Virus record (IMG/VR): IMGVR_UViG_3300042904_000017
Location: 1-43,158 of that record
Length of the DNA stretch: 43,158 nucleotides
DNA from: a virus
Lineage: Duplodnaviria; Caudoviricetes
Strand: one strand, 5' to 3'
The notes below the pieces were generated by a model. It was not told the DNA's origin, made no database searches, and was given only the letters and a program-made list of their open reading frames with translations. The position numbers were made by a program, and so were the translations under genes. This document shows positions 23,507 to 34,000 of this stretch, piece by piece (positions within the stretch are counted from its first letter, which is position 1; every line of letters starts with the position of its first letter).

Positions 23507-24460
23507 ATGGCACTTCAAACACAGACTTTCCGCCCCGCTGAGGGGCAAACTGTCTTCCCGCTGCCGCTCCACGACAAGACAGCAACGGCTACAGTCAACG
23601 GTGGAGCCCGCACGATCAGCTCGCAGGGGGACTACAGTGTCACCTTGAGTGGTTCCATCGTGGCTTCGGACACCGTGGCGATCACCTACACGACCATCGA
23701 CGCTCCATCTTCGAGTGGTCCACTACCAGCTACGGCAACCCCTCTGGCTCCTGGAGTGGCTGCTGTCGGGACCAGCGTGAAGTACGCGCGGGAGGACCAC
23801 CGGCACGTAAGTGATGCTCCAGTAGCCGCTACGGTTCTCCCACTGGCAAACGGCACGGCTGCCATTGGTGTCTCCCCAAGGTACGCCAAGGAGGATCACG
23901 TTCACCCAGGAGGCGGTGCGGGCGGTGATGTCGTTCGGCTCATGAACCAAGCACTCCCTACCGGTGTCGCTCTCGTTGACCTCAGCACCCTGTTCACATC
24001 AGCCTATGATGAATATGATGTCTTTCTCGATGATGTGACAATCGCAGGCGCTGAAGGTCTCCGCTTTCGGTGGTCTGTTGGGGGAGCAGCAGATTCATCT
24101 GGCGCCCTTGGCTGGAACCACACGGACACTTCTAATACAGGAAGCCTAACGGCATCCGTAGGTACGTCGTCTGGTGGATACTTTAATCTGAACGATACAG
24201 GTACTGTGGCGTCTGGTGACCTTCACTCTGTTCACCTGAAGTTCTCCCATGTGAATAAGGTGGGCACCTCGAACAGCCATAACTTTGTCTGGACGGCATT
24301 CACGTATGCACCTGGAGCTACCATGACAAGCCGTAATCGTCGGGTCGGGGCCGCTTGGCATCGTTCCATCTCCGCAGCCTCGGGGTTTATTATCGCCTCC
24401 ACCTCTGGCTCGAACATTACTGGCGGCACCATTCGCGTGTATGGGTACAAGAATGCTTAA
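23507..24460 (+). CDS. Fibre/decoration-like structural protein
   Basis: Two AxxGxSxxYAxEDHxH repeats; S/T/G-rich beta-type C-terminal domain. Confidence 0.7.
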   Translation: MALQTQTFRPAEGQTVFPLPLHDKTATATVNGGARTISSQGDYSVTLSGSIVASDTVAITYTTIDAPSSSGPLPATATPLAPGVAAVGTSVKYAREDHRHVSDAPVAATVLPLANGTAAIGVSPRYAKEDHVHPGGGAGGDVVRLMNQALPTGVALVDLSTLFTSAYDEYDVFLDDVTIAGAEGLRFRWSVGGAADSSGALGWNHTDTSNTGSLTASVGTSSGGYFNLNDTGTVASGDLHSVHLKFSHVNKVGTSNSHNFVWTAFTYAPGATMTSRNRRVGAAWHRSISAASGFIIASTSGSNITGGTIRVYGYKNA

Positions 24461-24800
24461 ATCTATCTATGACCCAAAGACAGGTGGTTTCAAAACTGTC
24501 GATATGACGCCTGAAGAAGTGGCACAGATCGAGAAGGATCGAGCAGAAGCTGCGAAGCCTGTAGTTCCCCAGAAGGTCTCCATGCGCCAGGCTAAGCTGG
24601 CCCTCCTGGCTGCCGACAAGCTGGCAACTATTGAGGCTGCCTTCGATGCCCTGCCGGAGCCTCAACGCACTGCTGCAAAGATCGAGTGGACCTCCGCCAC
24701 TGAAGTGGAACGTGACTGGCCGCTGGTAATCCAGATGACCCCAATCATTGGTGGCGAGGCTGCTGTGGATCAACTCTTCATCCACGCCATCACCCTCTAA
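24453..24800 (+). CDS. Putative fibre assembly chaperone
   Basis: VPQKVSMRQAKLAL...IEW...V.R..P motif typical of genes following fibre genes. Confidence 0.6.
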   Translation: MLKSIYDPKTGGFKTVDMTPEEVAQIEKDRAEAAKPVVPQKVSMRQAKLALLAADKLATIEAAFDALPEPQRTAAKIEWTSATEVERDWPLVIQMTPIIGGEAAVDQLFIHAITL

Positions 24801-24808
24801 GGAACTGC

Positions 24809-25399
24809 ATGACAACTGCAACCACTCCGACCTCGGAGCTGGATGCTGTCAACCTGATGCTGCAGGTGATCGGAGAGAGCCCCCTAAGCTCACTCTCGGA
24901 CACCACTGTCGTCTACGCTGTGATCGCCCAGCAGGTTCTCTCCGAGACCTCACGGGCGGTCCAGTCCAAAGGCTGGCACTTCAACACCGAGGAAAATTTC
25001 CCACTCCTGCCTGACCTCTCCACCAAGGAGATCAACACCCCCCTCAACTGCCTCCGCGTGGACACCACCGGGGCCGATGCGAGTACCGATGTGGTCCAAC
25101 GGGGCAAGCGCCTCTACGACCGCACGAAGCACACCTTCCAGTTCGACAAGGGACTGAAGGTGGAGATGGTGGTCCTGCTGCCTTTCGAGGACCTGCCAGA
25201 GACCGCACGTCACTACATCGCAGTTCGTGCAGCTCGCATCTTCCAGGCCCGCACGGTGGGCTCCGAGACCCTGTACTCCTTCACTGCGCAGGACGAGCGG
25301 GACGCACTGGTGAACCTGAAGAAGGCTGAGGGGATCACCGCAGATCACAACATCCTCACGGACAACTGGACCGTGGCCCGATCACTCCAACGCCGATAA
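24809..25399 (+). CDS. gp11: Tail tubular protein A
   Basis: ELDAVNLML..IGESP, QSKGWHFN. Confidence 0.96.
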   Translation: MTTATTPTSELDAVNLMLQVIGESPLSSLSDTTVVYAVIAQQVLSETSRAVQSKGWHFNTEENFPLLPDLSTKEINTPLNCLRVDTTGADASTDVVQRGKRLYDRTKHTFQFDKGLKVEMVVLLPFEDLPETARHYIAVRAARIFQARTVGSETLYSFTAQDERDALVNLKKAEGITADHNILTDNWTVARSLQRR

Positions 25400-25401
25400 C
25401 T

Positions 25402-27759
25402 ATGCCTCTGGTTTCCTCGTCTATCGCCAACCTGGTGAACGGGGTCTCTCAGCAACCTTACACTCTCCGTCTCGCCTCCCAGGCTGAAGCACAAGAGAAT
25501 GGCCTCAGTACTGTGGCCCAGGGTCTGCAGAAGAGGCCACCCACCAGGCATATCAAGAAAATCGCTGAACCCGTCCTGGACGCCTACATCCACACCATCA
25601 ACCGCGATGAGAACGAACGCTACATTGTGATGATCGCGGACTACGATCTGCGGGTGTTCGATGAGCAGGGTAATGAGAAGGTGGTCAACTTCCCGGAAGG
25701 GAAGGCGTACCTGAACACCGCGCTGCCGAGTACAGCGTTCCAGGCCGTGACCGTGGCCGACTACACCTTCTTCGTGAACAAGACCGTGAAGGTTGCCCTC
25801 GGGACCGCTACGTCCCCCACGCGCCCATACGAGGCCCTCGTGGTGGTCAAGAACGGCCTCTATGGGAAGACCTACAAGGTCACCATCGATGGCGAGGTGT
25901 TCTCCTATTCGACCCCTGATGGGAGCACCGCATCGCAGTCCCCACAGATTTCCACGGACAACATCGCATCGCAGCTTGTCACAGAGATCATGGCAGGAAC
26001 TACAGGCGTCACCGCGACCCACGAAGGCGCTGTGATCTACCTGACCAGCAGCACCGACTTCACCCTCAAGACCGAGGACGGCTACGCCAATGCCGCGATG
26101 TTCGGAGTGAAGGGCCAGATTCAGAGGTTCTCGGACCTGCCGAACAATGCCTACGTCCAGGACTACACCGTGGAGATCGTGGGCGATAAGACTTCCGAGT
26201 TCGACAACTACTGGGTCAAGTTCGACAAATCGAGCGGGTCCGGTGTGTGGCGGGAGACCATCAAGCCTGGGATCAACCTGGGCCTCTCGAAGGCCACTAT
26301 GCCATGGGCTCTGGTGCGTGAGGCCAACGGGAGTTTCACCTTCAAGACCCTCTCGTGGGTAGAACGGAAGGTGGGCGATGATGGCTCCGCGCCTCATCCC
26401 TCCTTCGTGGGCCGGGCCATCCAGGACATCTTCTTCTACCGGAATCGCCTGGGCTTCATTGCTGATGAATCCGTGGTCTTCTCCGAGGCTGGGGAGTTCT
26501 TCAACCTCTATCCCACCACGGTCACGGACCTGCTGGACTCCGACCGGATCGATGTTTCTGCATCCCACGTCAAGGTCTCGAACCTGGCCGCTGCTGTGCC
26601 CTTCAGCAAGCAGCTCCTACTGTTCTCCGCCCAGACCCAGTTCGTGGTGGACTCCGGGGACCTGCTGACCCCCCGCACGGTCTCCATCAAGCCCACTACG
26701 GAGTTCGAGTGTGATCCTTCGGTGCGCCCTGTGGGCATCGGCAAGGTGGTCTTCTTTGCCACCCCGAGGGGTAAATACTCAGGCATCCGGGAGTACTTCG
26801 TGGACTCCGACCTGGGCACCAACGATGCCACCGAGGTGACGAGCCACGTACCGAAGTACGTACCGGCGAACATCAAGAAGCTCGCTGTGGCCCTCAACGA
26901 GGACACCATGTGTGTGCTGAGCGGGGATGATCTGCGCTCCATCTACGTGTACCGCTTCTACTGGAGCAACAACGAGAAGCTCCAGAGTTCGTGGTCCAAG
27001 TGGACGTTCGGTCCTGAGGATGTCGTGATGAATGCGGACTTCATCCAGTCCCGCCTGCAGCTCCTGATCCAACGCAACGAAGGCGTCTATCTGGAGACCT
27101 TGGACCTTTCGGAGGAGTCCACCTCGGAACAGGAACCGTACCTGGTTCACCTGGACCGCAAGAAGATGATCACCACAGATAAGCTGACCTATGCGAATGG
27201 GCAAACCACGTTCGCTGTGTCTGATCTAGGCTACTACCCGGACGATGGGGAGTATGTGGTGGTGGTCGCCAACACCCCGCTTGGGGCCAAGGCAGGGACC
27301 ATCCTGAAGGCCACCCTGAACGACACCAAGACCACCGTAAGCGTCCCTGGGAATTTCACCTCGTGCGACCTGATCCTGGGCCGCAAGTACGCCTTCCGCT
27401 ACCAGTTCTCGACCATCGTGCCGAAGATCAGGTCTGCGAATGGTGGCGAGCGTGCCGATAGCTCCGCACTCCTGCAGCTCCGCAACATGCAGGTGAACTA
27501 CGCAGACACCGGCTTCTTCCAGGCCAGGGTGACCCCACAAGGGCGCCCGACGTTCACCTACACCTTCTCAGGGAAAATCCTGGGACTGTCCTCCGCGACC
27601 CTCGGAGCCACCAACCTGGAGACCGGCAAGTACCGGTTCCCGATCATGTCCCAGAACACCTCGGTGAAGATCGAGCTGTACTCGGACTCACCGCTGCCCT
27701 GCGCCTTCCTGAGTGCAGACTGGGAAGGATTCTATGCAAAACGAAGCCAAGGCATCTAA
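25402..27759 (+). CDS. gp12: Tail tubular protein B
   Basis: NLVNGVSQQP, PSFVG..I.DIFFYRNRLGF, QSSWSKW. Confidence 0.97.
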   Translation: MPLVSSSIANLVNGVSQQPYTLRLASQAEAQENGLSTVAQGLQKRPPTRHIKKIAEPVLDAYIHTINRDENERYIVMIADYDLRVFDEQGNEKVVNFPEGKAYLNTALPSTAFQAVTVADYTFFVNKTVKVALGTATSPTRPYEALVVVKNGLYGKTYKVTIDGEVFSYSTPDGSTASQSPQISTDNIASQLVTEIMAGTTGVTATHEGAVIYLTSSTDFTLKTEDGYANAAMFGVKGQIQRFSDLPNNAYVQDYTVEIVGDKTSEFDNYWVKFDKSSGSGVWRETIKPGINLGLSKATMPWALVREANGSFTFKTLSWVERKVGDDGSAPHPSFVGRAIQDIFFYRNRLGFIADESVVFSEAGEFFNLYPTTVTDLLDSDRIDVSASHVKVSNLAAAVPFSKQLLLFSAQTQFVVDSGDLLTPRTVSIKPTTEFECDPSVRPVGIGKVVFFATPRGKYSGIREYFVDSDLGTNDATEVTSHVPKYVPANIKKLAVALNEDTMCVLSGDDLRSIYVYRFYWSNNEKLQSSWSKWTFGPEDVVMNADFIQSRLQLLIQRNEGVYLETLDLSEESTSEQEPYLVHLDRKKMITTDKLTYANGQTTFAVSDLGYYPDDGEYVVVVANTPLGAKAGTILKATLNDTKTTVSVPGNFTSCDLILGRKYAFRYQFSTIVPKIRSANGGERADSSALLQLRNMQVNYADTGFFQARVTPQGRPTFTYTFSGKILGLSSATLGATNLETGKYRFPIMSQNTSVKIELYSDSPLPCAFLSADWEGFYAKRSQGI

Positions 27760-28264
27760 GCCTTACGTGCGTCTCGCAACCCGTGAGGACGCCATCGACC
27801 TCGCTAAGCGCCTCCGCAAGGAGGACGTGGAGGAGGTCTATCACGCCCTGGCGCTGCCCGCTGAGACCGCCCTGAGGTACTCCCTCGGGGTTTCCAACAT
27901 CGGCTACGCGGTGGTGTGGAAGGGCCGGGTGATCGCGCTGTTCGGCATCGTCGGGCAGCTCACCTGGGGTCCCGAGAGAAGCCGTGGGTATCCGTGGATG
28001 CTGGCCTCCGATGAGCTGGTGTCCATCCGCAAGAGCTTCCTCAGGGAGTGCCGAGGGTACGTGCAGGGGTGGCTGAGGGTCCACGGGGAGCTGGAGGGAT
28101 GGGCCTGGGCTAAGAACACGGTCCACATCCAGTGGCTCAAATGGCTGGGGTTCCAGCTCGATGAGCCGGCCCCGTACGGCATCAACGACCAGCCGTTCCA
28201 ACGATTTTTCATGAAGGAAGAACTATGTGCGGTCCAGCCGCAATCCCTATCGCCCAGCTCGTAA
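27734..28264 (+). CDS. gp13: gp13-like internal virion/acetyltransferase-fold protein
   Basis: LRKEDVEEV, NTVHIQWLKWLGF; synteny. Confidence 0.8.
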   Translation: MQNEAKASKPYVRLATREDAIDLAKRLRKEDVEEVYHALALPAETALRYSLGVSNIGYAVVWKGRVIALFGIVGQLTWGPERSRGYPWMLASDELVSIRKSFLRECRGYVQGWLRVHGELEGWAWAKNTVHIQWLKWLGFQLDEPAPYGINDQPFQRFFMKEELCAVQPQSLSPSS

Positions 28265-28764
28265 TCACTGCGGTGGCCGCTGCTGGTGCGGCGTACGCCC
28301 AGAATAAACAGGCCGATGCTCAGACCGCTGCAAATCAGCAGCAGTACGAGAACGACATGAACGCCTACAGGAACAACCTGGCGAACCTGGAGGTGCAACG
28401 CAATCAGCAGCAGCAGGACGCTACTGAGCAGATCAACATGAACAACCAGGCCGGGCGCCAGGCCACCGCTACCGCCACCGTGGCTGCTGGTGAAGCTGGT
28501 GTCTCCGGGACCTCTGTAGATGCCCTGCTGGCTGAGCTGGCGGGCCGTGCTGCGTATGACAACGTGAACGTGGAGGAGAACCTGCTCCGCCAGGATCACG
28601 CCATCAACGTCCAGCGAGAGAACGCCCACAACGGTGTGGTCTCGCAAGTCAACTCCTACAGGACCCCGACCATGCCTGACTACCTCGGTAGTGGGCTGAA
28701 GATCGGCCAGGGGGCTGTGGATAGCTACAGCCTGTACCAACGCAACGTGAGGATGGGAGGCTAA
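28225..28764 (+). CDS. gp14: Internal virion (ejection) protein B
   Basis: MC start, hydrophobic N-terminus, GEAGVSG; synteny. Confidence 0.85.
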   Translation: MCGPAAIPIAQLVITAVAAAGAAYAQNKQADAQTAANQQQYENDMNAYRNNLANLEVQRNQQQQDATEQINMNNQAGRQATATATVAAGEAGVSGTSVDALLAELAGRAAYDNVNVEENLLRQDHAINVQRENAHNGVVSQVNSYRTPTMPDYLGSGLKIGQGAVDSYSLYQRNVRMGG

Positions 28765-31047
28765 ATGGCCCGAGTTCAAGTGGAGTATCAGGGCGACCGA
28801 ATCCGCCCACAGGTGGTCCCGGTCCAGCACATCCAATCTGCCCAGGCCAGGTTCGACCCGAATGATTCGACCGCGTTCCAGCTCGCCAAGGCCCTCGGTG
28901 CGATTGACGCGAACAGCCTCGGCGCCTCCGGCCAGAGGGCTCTTGATTCCACCCAGGACAGCGAGAAGCGGAAGGCTCTGGCCTATGCCAACTCCATGAC
29001 CGTGGAGGACCTGGGCAAGAAGATTCGGAGCGGTGAGATGCTGCCCTCGAAGTCCCCAGCGTTCGTGGCAGCCCTCCAGCACTTCTACGGGGAGAACTCA
29101 CAGAACGCCTTCGAGCGCGATACGCTGTCCCGCATCCAAACCGGCCAGCTCAAGTTCGAGACCCCGGAGGAGCTGGAGAAGTATCTCGTAGAGGGCCGTA
29201 ACGGTGCCCTGGAGGGGCAATCCGAGTTCACCACTGCGGGCTACGACAAGGGCTTCGCTGCGTTCCGTGAGCGTGCCATCGCGGCCAACACCAACCTCAC
29301 CAACCAGCAGGCCGTGGAGCGTGGCATCCAGACCTCCTCGGATAACCTGGGCAACGTACTGCTGCAGGTCACCCAGCCGGGCTTCAAGGGCGATCCAGCC
29401 CAGGCCCTGGTGGACCGCTACCAGCTCCTGAGGAAAACCTCTCTGCTGCGTGACGATGCCGCTAAGGAGGCCCTGAACGGGCTCCTGACATCCATCGCAG
29501 CTTCTGGCCGCACCGAGCTGGCCCAAGCCCTCCTGGACAAGAACCTCGATAACGGGGTGTCTGTCCGTGCTGTGGTGGGTGACATTCGCGCTGAGACAAT
29601 CCTGAAGTCCTCCGAAGCGGAGTTCGACAAGGGCCAGCGCCAACGGGTGGATGTGGAGCTGCGGCCATTCCTGGAGCAGGCAGATCGTGGTGAGCTGGAC
29701 GCCAAGAAGTTCGAGGAGTTCGCTGCAGCCAACGAGAAGTACGTCACCACGCAGACCCTGCACGCGATCACGAACGCCAACCGCGCGGCCCAAGAGAGGG
29801 CGCTGCGGGAACTCCAGAAGGCCCAGCTCGTGGCCGCTGCGCAGAAGTCCGAGGCTGAAGCGAACCAGCTCGTAGGCGCTGCCATCCGCAGTGGGAACCT
29901 GTCGTTCCTGCCACAGCAGAAGGTGATGACTCCGACCGGTGAGGTGAAGGACTTCGACACCAAGGCCGCAGCTCAGCGCATCCTATCGGAGGACGTTGAG
30001 CGCATGCAGATGCCCCTCGGGAAAGCCACGGAGTATTGGGCCACGAACAACGTGGAGAACCCTGAGTGGCAGAAAGAGATTCAGGCCGGTGCCTCGAACA
30101 TCGCTTCGGTGGGTTGGAGTTCCGATGGTAAGAATATCGGCCAGCTCAATGAGCAAGGTCAGCGAGCCATAGAAACCTTCATGCGGATCAACAAGACGCA
30201 CCCTGGATACGCTGAGAAGCTCGTGGGAAACGGGAAGGACTACAAGATGCTATCTGACATCCAGTTCCTCTACGAGCGTGGCGGGTATGAAGACATCAAC
30301 CGAGGTGCCGCGCTGGTCAACCAGGTGAACCGTTCGGACATCAAGGCGTCCGACTACGGCACCATGGCGAAGCAGGTGTCCTCCGCAGTGGACGAAGTGG
30401 TGAACCCTGGGTGGTTCTCCGGGACCGTTCAGTGGTGGAAGGGGATGTTCGGCAACGACCAGGTGAACCTCACCTCCGTGCAGGCTGACATCCGCCGCAG
30501 GGCCGAGCTGCTGGTTATGAGCGGCCAGGTGCCGAATGCTCAGGCTGCCGTGAAGGCATCCGTGGAGTACCTGGCGAACCCCGCTGTCACCACGAAGATC
30601 AACAACACCCTGTACTTCAACAAGGACCTGCCATCCGTGCCGAAAGGGGAAGACCCCGGTACGTGGATGGAGCGCTTCATCGAGGAGGTCCCCGGCAAGA
30701 CCGCGAGGGACCAGAAGATGTCCGGTGCTGTGCGCCTGGAGCCGAACCAGTACGGAGGCTTCACGGCCTGGGTGGGCGGGCAGCCACTTATCAACGCAGA
30801 CAACCAGGTGGTCACCTTCCGCAAGGAGGAGCTGTCCCAGTGGATTGACGGTGCCTACCGCGCTGACCAGGCCAAGGCCATGGCTGATCGGAACTACGAG
30901 CTGTGGCGTGAGCAGGAGCGCAAACGAATCTGGAAGGAAGCCAAGAAGATGGGCCTCACTCCGTTCGCTCCGGGAGCTGATGGCACTGGTCCGTTCCTTA
31001 CCCGCGAAGTTTATGAACGCCTGCTGCGGGAGGGCAAAATCAAATAA
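28765..31047 (+). CDS. gp15: Internal virion (ejection) protein C
   Basis: 760-aa helical protein; synteny. Confidence 0.8.
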   Translation: MARVQVEYQGDRIRPQVVPVQHIQSAQARFDPNDSTAFQLAKALGAIDANSLGASGQRALDSTQDSEKRKALAYANSMTVEDLGKKIRSGEMLPSKSPAFVAALQHFYGENSQNAFERDTLSRIQTGQLKFETPEELEKYLVEGRNGALEGQSEFTTAGYDKGFAAFRERAIAANTNLTNQQAVERGIQTSSDNLGNVLLQVTQPGFKGDPAQALVDRYQLLRKTSLLRDDAAKEALNGLLTSIAASGRTELAQALLDKNLDNGVSVRAVVGDIRAETILKSSEAEFDKGQRQRVDVELRPFLEQADRGELDAKKFEEFAAANEKYVTTQTLHAITNANRAAQERALRELQKAQLVAAAQKSEAEANQLVGAAIRSGNLSFLPQQKVMTPTGEVKDFDTKAAAQRILSEDVERMQMPLGKATEYWATNNVENPEWQKEIQAGASNIASVGWSSDGKNIGQLNEQGQRAIETFMRINKTHPGYAEKLVGNGKDYKMLSDIQFLYERGGYEDINRGAALVNQVNRSDIKASDYGTMAKQVSSAVDEVVNPGWFSGTVQWWKGMFGNDQVNLTSVQADIRRRAELLVMSGQVPNAQAAVKASVEYLANPAVTTKINNTLYFNKDLPSVPKGEDPGTWMERFIEEVPGKTARDQKMSGAVRLEPNQYGGFTAWVGGQPLINADNQVVTFRKEELSQWIDGAYRADQAKAMADRNYELWREQERKRIWKEAKKMGLTPFAPGADGTGPFLTREVYERLLREGKIK

Positions 31048-31059
31048 CCAAAGGAAGAT

Positions 31060-34000
31060 ATGCCGACTATTGATTTAGACGAGGCACGGAAGATCACCAC
31101 CGAGAAGGAGACGCAGTACGGCCTCCCCTCGGGAACACTGTTCAAAATTGGCGGCATTGAATCCAGCTTCAACAAGAACGCGGTGTCCCCTAAGGGAGCC
31201 CGAAGCTACTTCCAGTTCATGCCGGATACGGCCAAGAGCTACAACGTAACCTACGGGGACTTCAACTCGGAAGCTGACGGTGCCGCTCGATACATGGCGG
31301 ATAACCTCCGCAAGTACGGTGGCAGCATGGAGCTGGCCCTGGCGGACTACAACGGTGGTCCCAAGGCTGCTGCTGCGCTGGCTAAAGGGAAGCCCTGGGC
31401 GGAGACTTCGGGCTACCTGGCGAAGTTCTTCGGAGGCCCCCAAGGTTCCCCCTCCAAGCAATTCCTCACGGGCGCTGAAGTCCCTCTTACTGCATCCCCC
31501 TCTGCATCTGAACTCTATCGAGATTCACAGCAGCAGCAGTCAGAGTATGGGGGATTCCTCAATGGTCTTGGCAATGTGCCTGGCGCTGTGTCTCTTGGCT
31601 TCCAGGTGGACAACTCGGTCTTCAACTTCTTCCAGGACCGGGGGCTAGGCTCCGTAGACCCGGACTTCCGATGGACCGAGGAGAGGGGCAAGCAGTTCCT
31701 AGATGGCGTCCCTGAGCGCCACTGGGATTACATCCTTCAGTCCAAGTCAGAGCAGGAGGCTACCCTTCGTCGGTCCCGCATGATGGACACGATGGAGAAG
31801 GAAGCTGAGCTGGGCCGCATGGGCATGGCCGGTTTCGCTGGCCGTCTTGTAGGTGGTCTGGTTGACCTTCCCACGCTCGTAGCTTTCGTGCCCGGCATGG
31901 GTGGTGAGGGCCTCCTGACGGCAGGCTCCCGTGTCGCTAACGCTGCCCGCCTGGGCATCTTCACTGGCGCGTCCAACGTGGCCTTCGATGCCGCTGCAGG
32001 GCAATACAAGCCAACCTACACCCACAACGACCTGTACATGAGCGCGGCCATGGGCCTGGGCCTCGGTGCAGTGGTGGGTGGTGCAATCAACCCAGCCAAG
32101 CTCTCGCGCCTGAGCCGGGAGAATAAAGCCATCGCGGACCTTGGTCGCAGGGAAGCCACTGCAGCACAACGTAGCGAGCTGATCGACCTGGCCGGTGGTG
32201 AGCACGCCATTAACAAGGAGCGCTTGGACAACCACCTGCCGGAACGCACGGTGACCCAAGAGGAAACCGTGGAGCCTGTGGTCACCCGCCTGCGTGATGA
32301 GGTGGTGCCTGACCAGGTGAAGGCGGATGTTCCCACGTACGAACGCACCAACGTGGGCCGCAAGGCCATCAAGGGTCACGGCGACCTCTCCACGAAGGAA
32401 ACCCTGGCGCGCCTGAAGGGCACCTCCGATCCTCTCGTGGCTGGCCTAGCGGCTCGCCTGGAGGGGCAGATCGCGGATGACATCAAGATCGTGACCCGTG
32501 GTGAGAAGGTCCGCTCGTACTACGATCCGGTGTCTCACGAAATCCATCTGGCTAAGGGCGCCGATGACTGGGTTGCTCTACACGAGGTGGCCCATGCCGT
32601 TACCGCGAACAAGATTCGCTACGGGATGGCGAACCCGAATACCGCCCACGGCGAGCTGACGAGGGAACTCCATGAGGTCTACCAGGAGGTCCGCAAGGCT
32701 GCAGCAGGGAAGAAGTTCACCGACCACAAGACCGACTACTACCTGAAGAACATCGATGAGTTCGTTGCGGGGATTTACTCCGGCAAGTCCGAGTTCATCG
32801 ACTTCATGTCAGGCGTCAAGGTCTCGGAAGGGAAGCACACCCTCCTGAGCAAGGCCGTGGAGATCGTCCGCAAAATCCTGGGCATGGATCAATCCGAGAC
32901 CAGTGCGCTGACCAAGGCCCTGGGCATCACGGACAAGCTGATCGATACGCCCCTCAACGTGAAGCAGAAGTGGATCGAGCCGAAGACCGGCAAGACCCGT
33001 GATCTGGAATACCTCATGTCCCCCGGTGGTGACCCCGATGCGGCCACTGCAGCGACCCGTGCGGGTATCCCCACGGTGTTCGGCTGGGGCCTGGGCCTGG
33101 AGAACCGGCTGGGTGGTGGCAAGGCCCCTGCATCCGTGCGGGAGCTGGCCTCCAAACTGTTCGGCACCACCATTGGCTACAAGGACCATTCGGTGGTCAA
33201 AGCCAATGCCTGGGATGACACCACGAAGTGGGCCGATAGCTGGGCCGTGGAGATGCGTAAGGGCACCTACCCGGCCTTCGAGGAGTGGCTGAAGAAGCAG
33301 GACCGGAAGTGGCACGAGAAGGGCCAGGCATTCGAGGAATTCGGTGACCAGGTTTCCAACTACATCCGAGGCTTCGAGGGCGACTACGCTCCCGAGGTCA
33401 TCAAGGCTGGCGACCACATGCGGAAGACCCTGGACAAGGTGCGGGAGTACATCAACAACCCCCTCCGTGATGAGGGCCTGAAGAAGCGGGGCCTCACCGA
33501 GGTGGAAGTGCGGGACCCCGAGTCCGGTGAAGTGTCCCTCGTGGGGCAACTGGAGAAGAACTCGAACTACCTCCCGCGTAAGCACGACATCAACAAGTGG
33601 AACGACATGGTGAACTCCTTCGGGAGGGAAGCCGTGGAGGAATGGTGGGCTCGTGCCTATAAGGCTGGCCGCGCTGATGTCTCTGACGAGGCTGCCGCAC
33701 GGTGGGCCAAGTGGTACACCAGGACCATCGAGGAGGCCCATGCGAACCGCTCCCAGGACCTCTTGGAGGACATCATGCGGGGCACCGATAAGGATGCCCT
33801 GAAGGCGTCCCTGAAGGCCAACGGAGGGTTCTCCGACATGGAGGCCCAGCAGCTCCTGGACGAGATGTTCCCCGCAAACCAATCCAAGGACACGGGCCGC
33901 ATCGCCAACCTGAAGCACCGCAGCACCATTGACGAGACATACACGGAAACGTGGAACCGATCGGATGGCAGCCAGGTGCAGGTGAGTCTGAACGACTTCA

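Noticed and set aside
23400-23507. T7-style 10A/10B frameshift into the downstream gene
   Set aside because: No evident slippery sequence; a stop codon and terminator intervene, and the next ORF has its own start.
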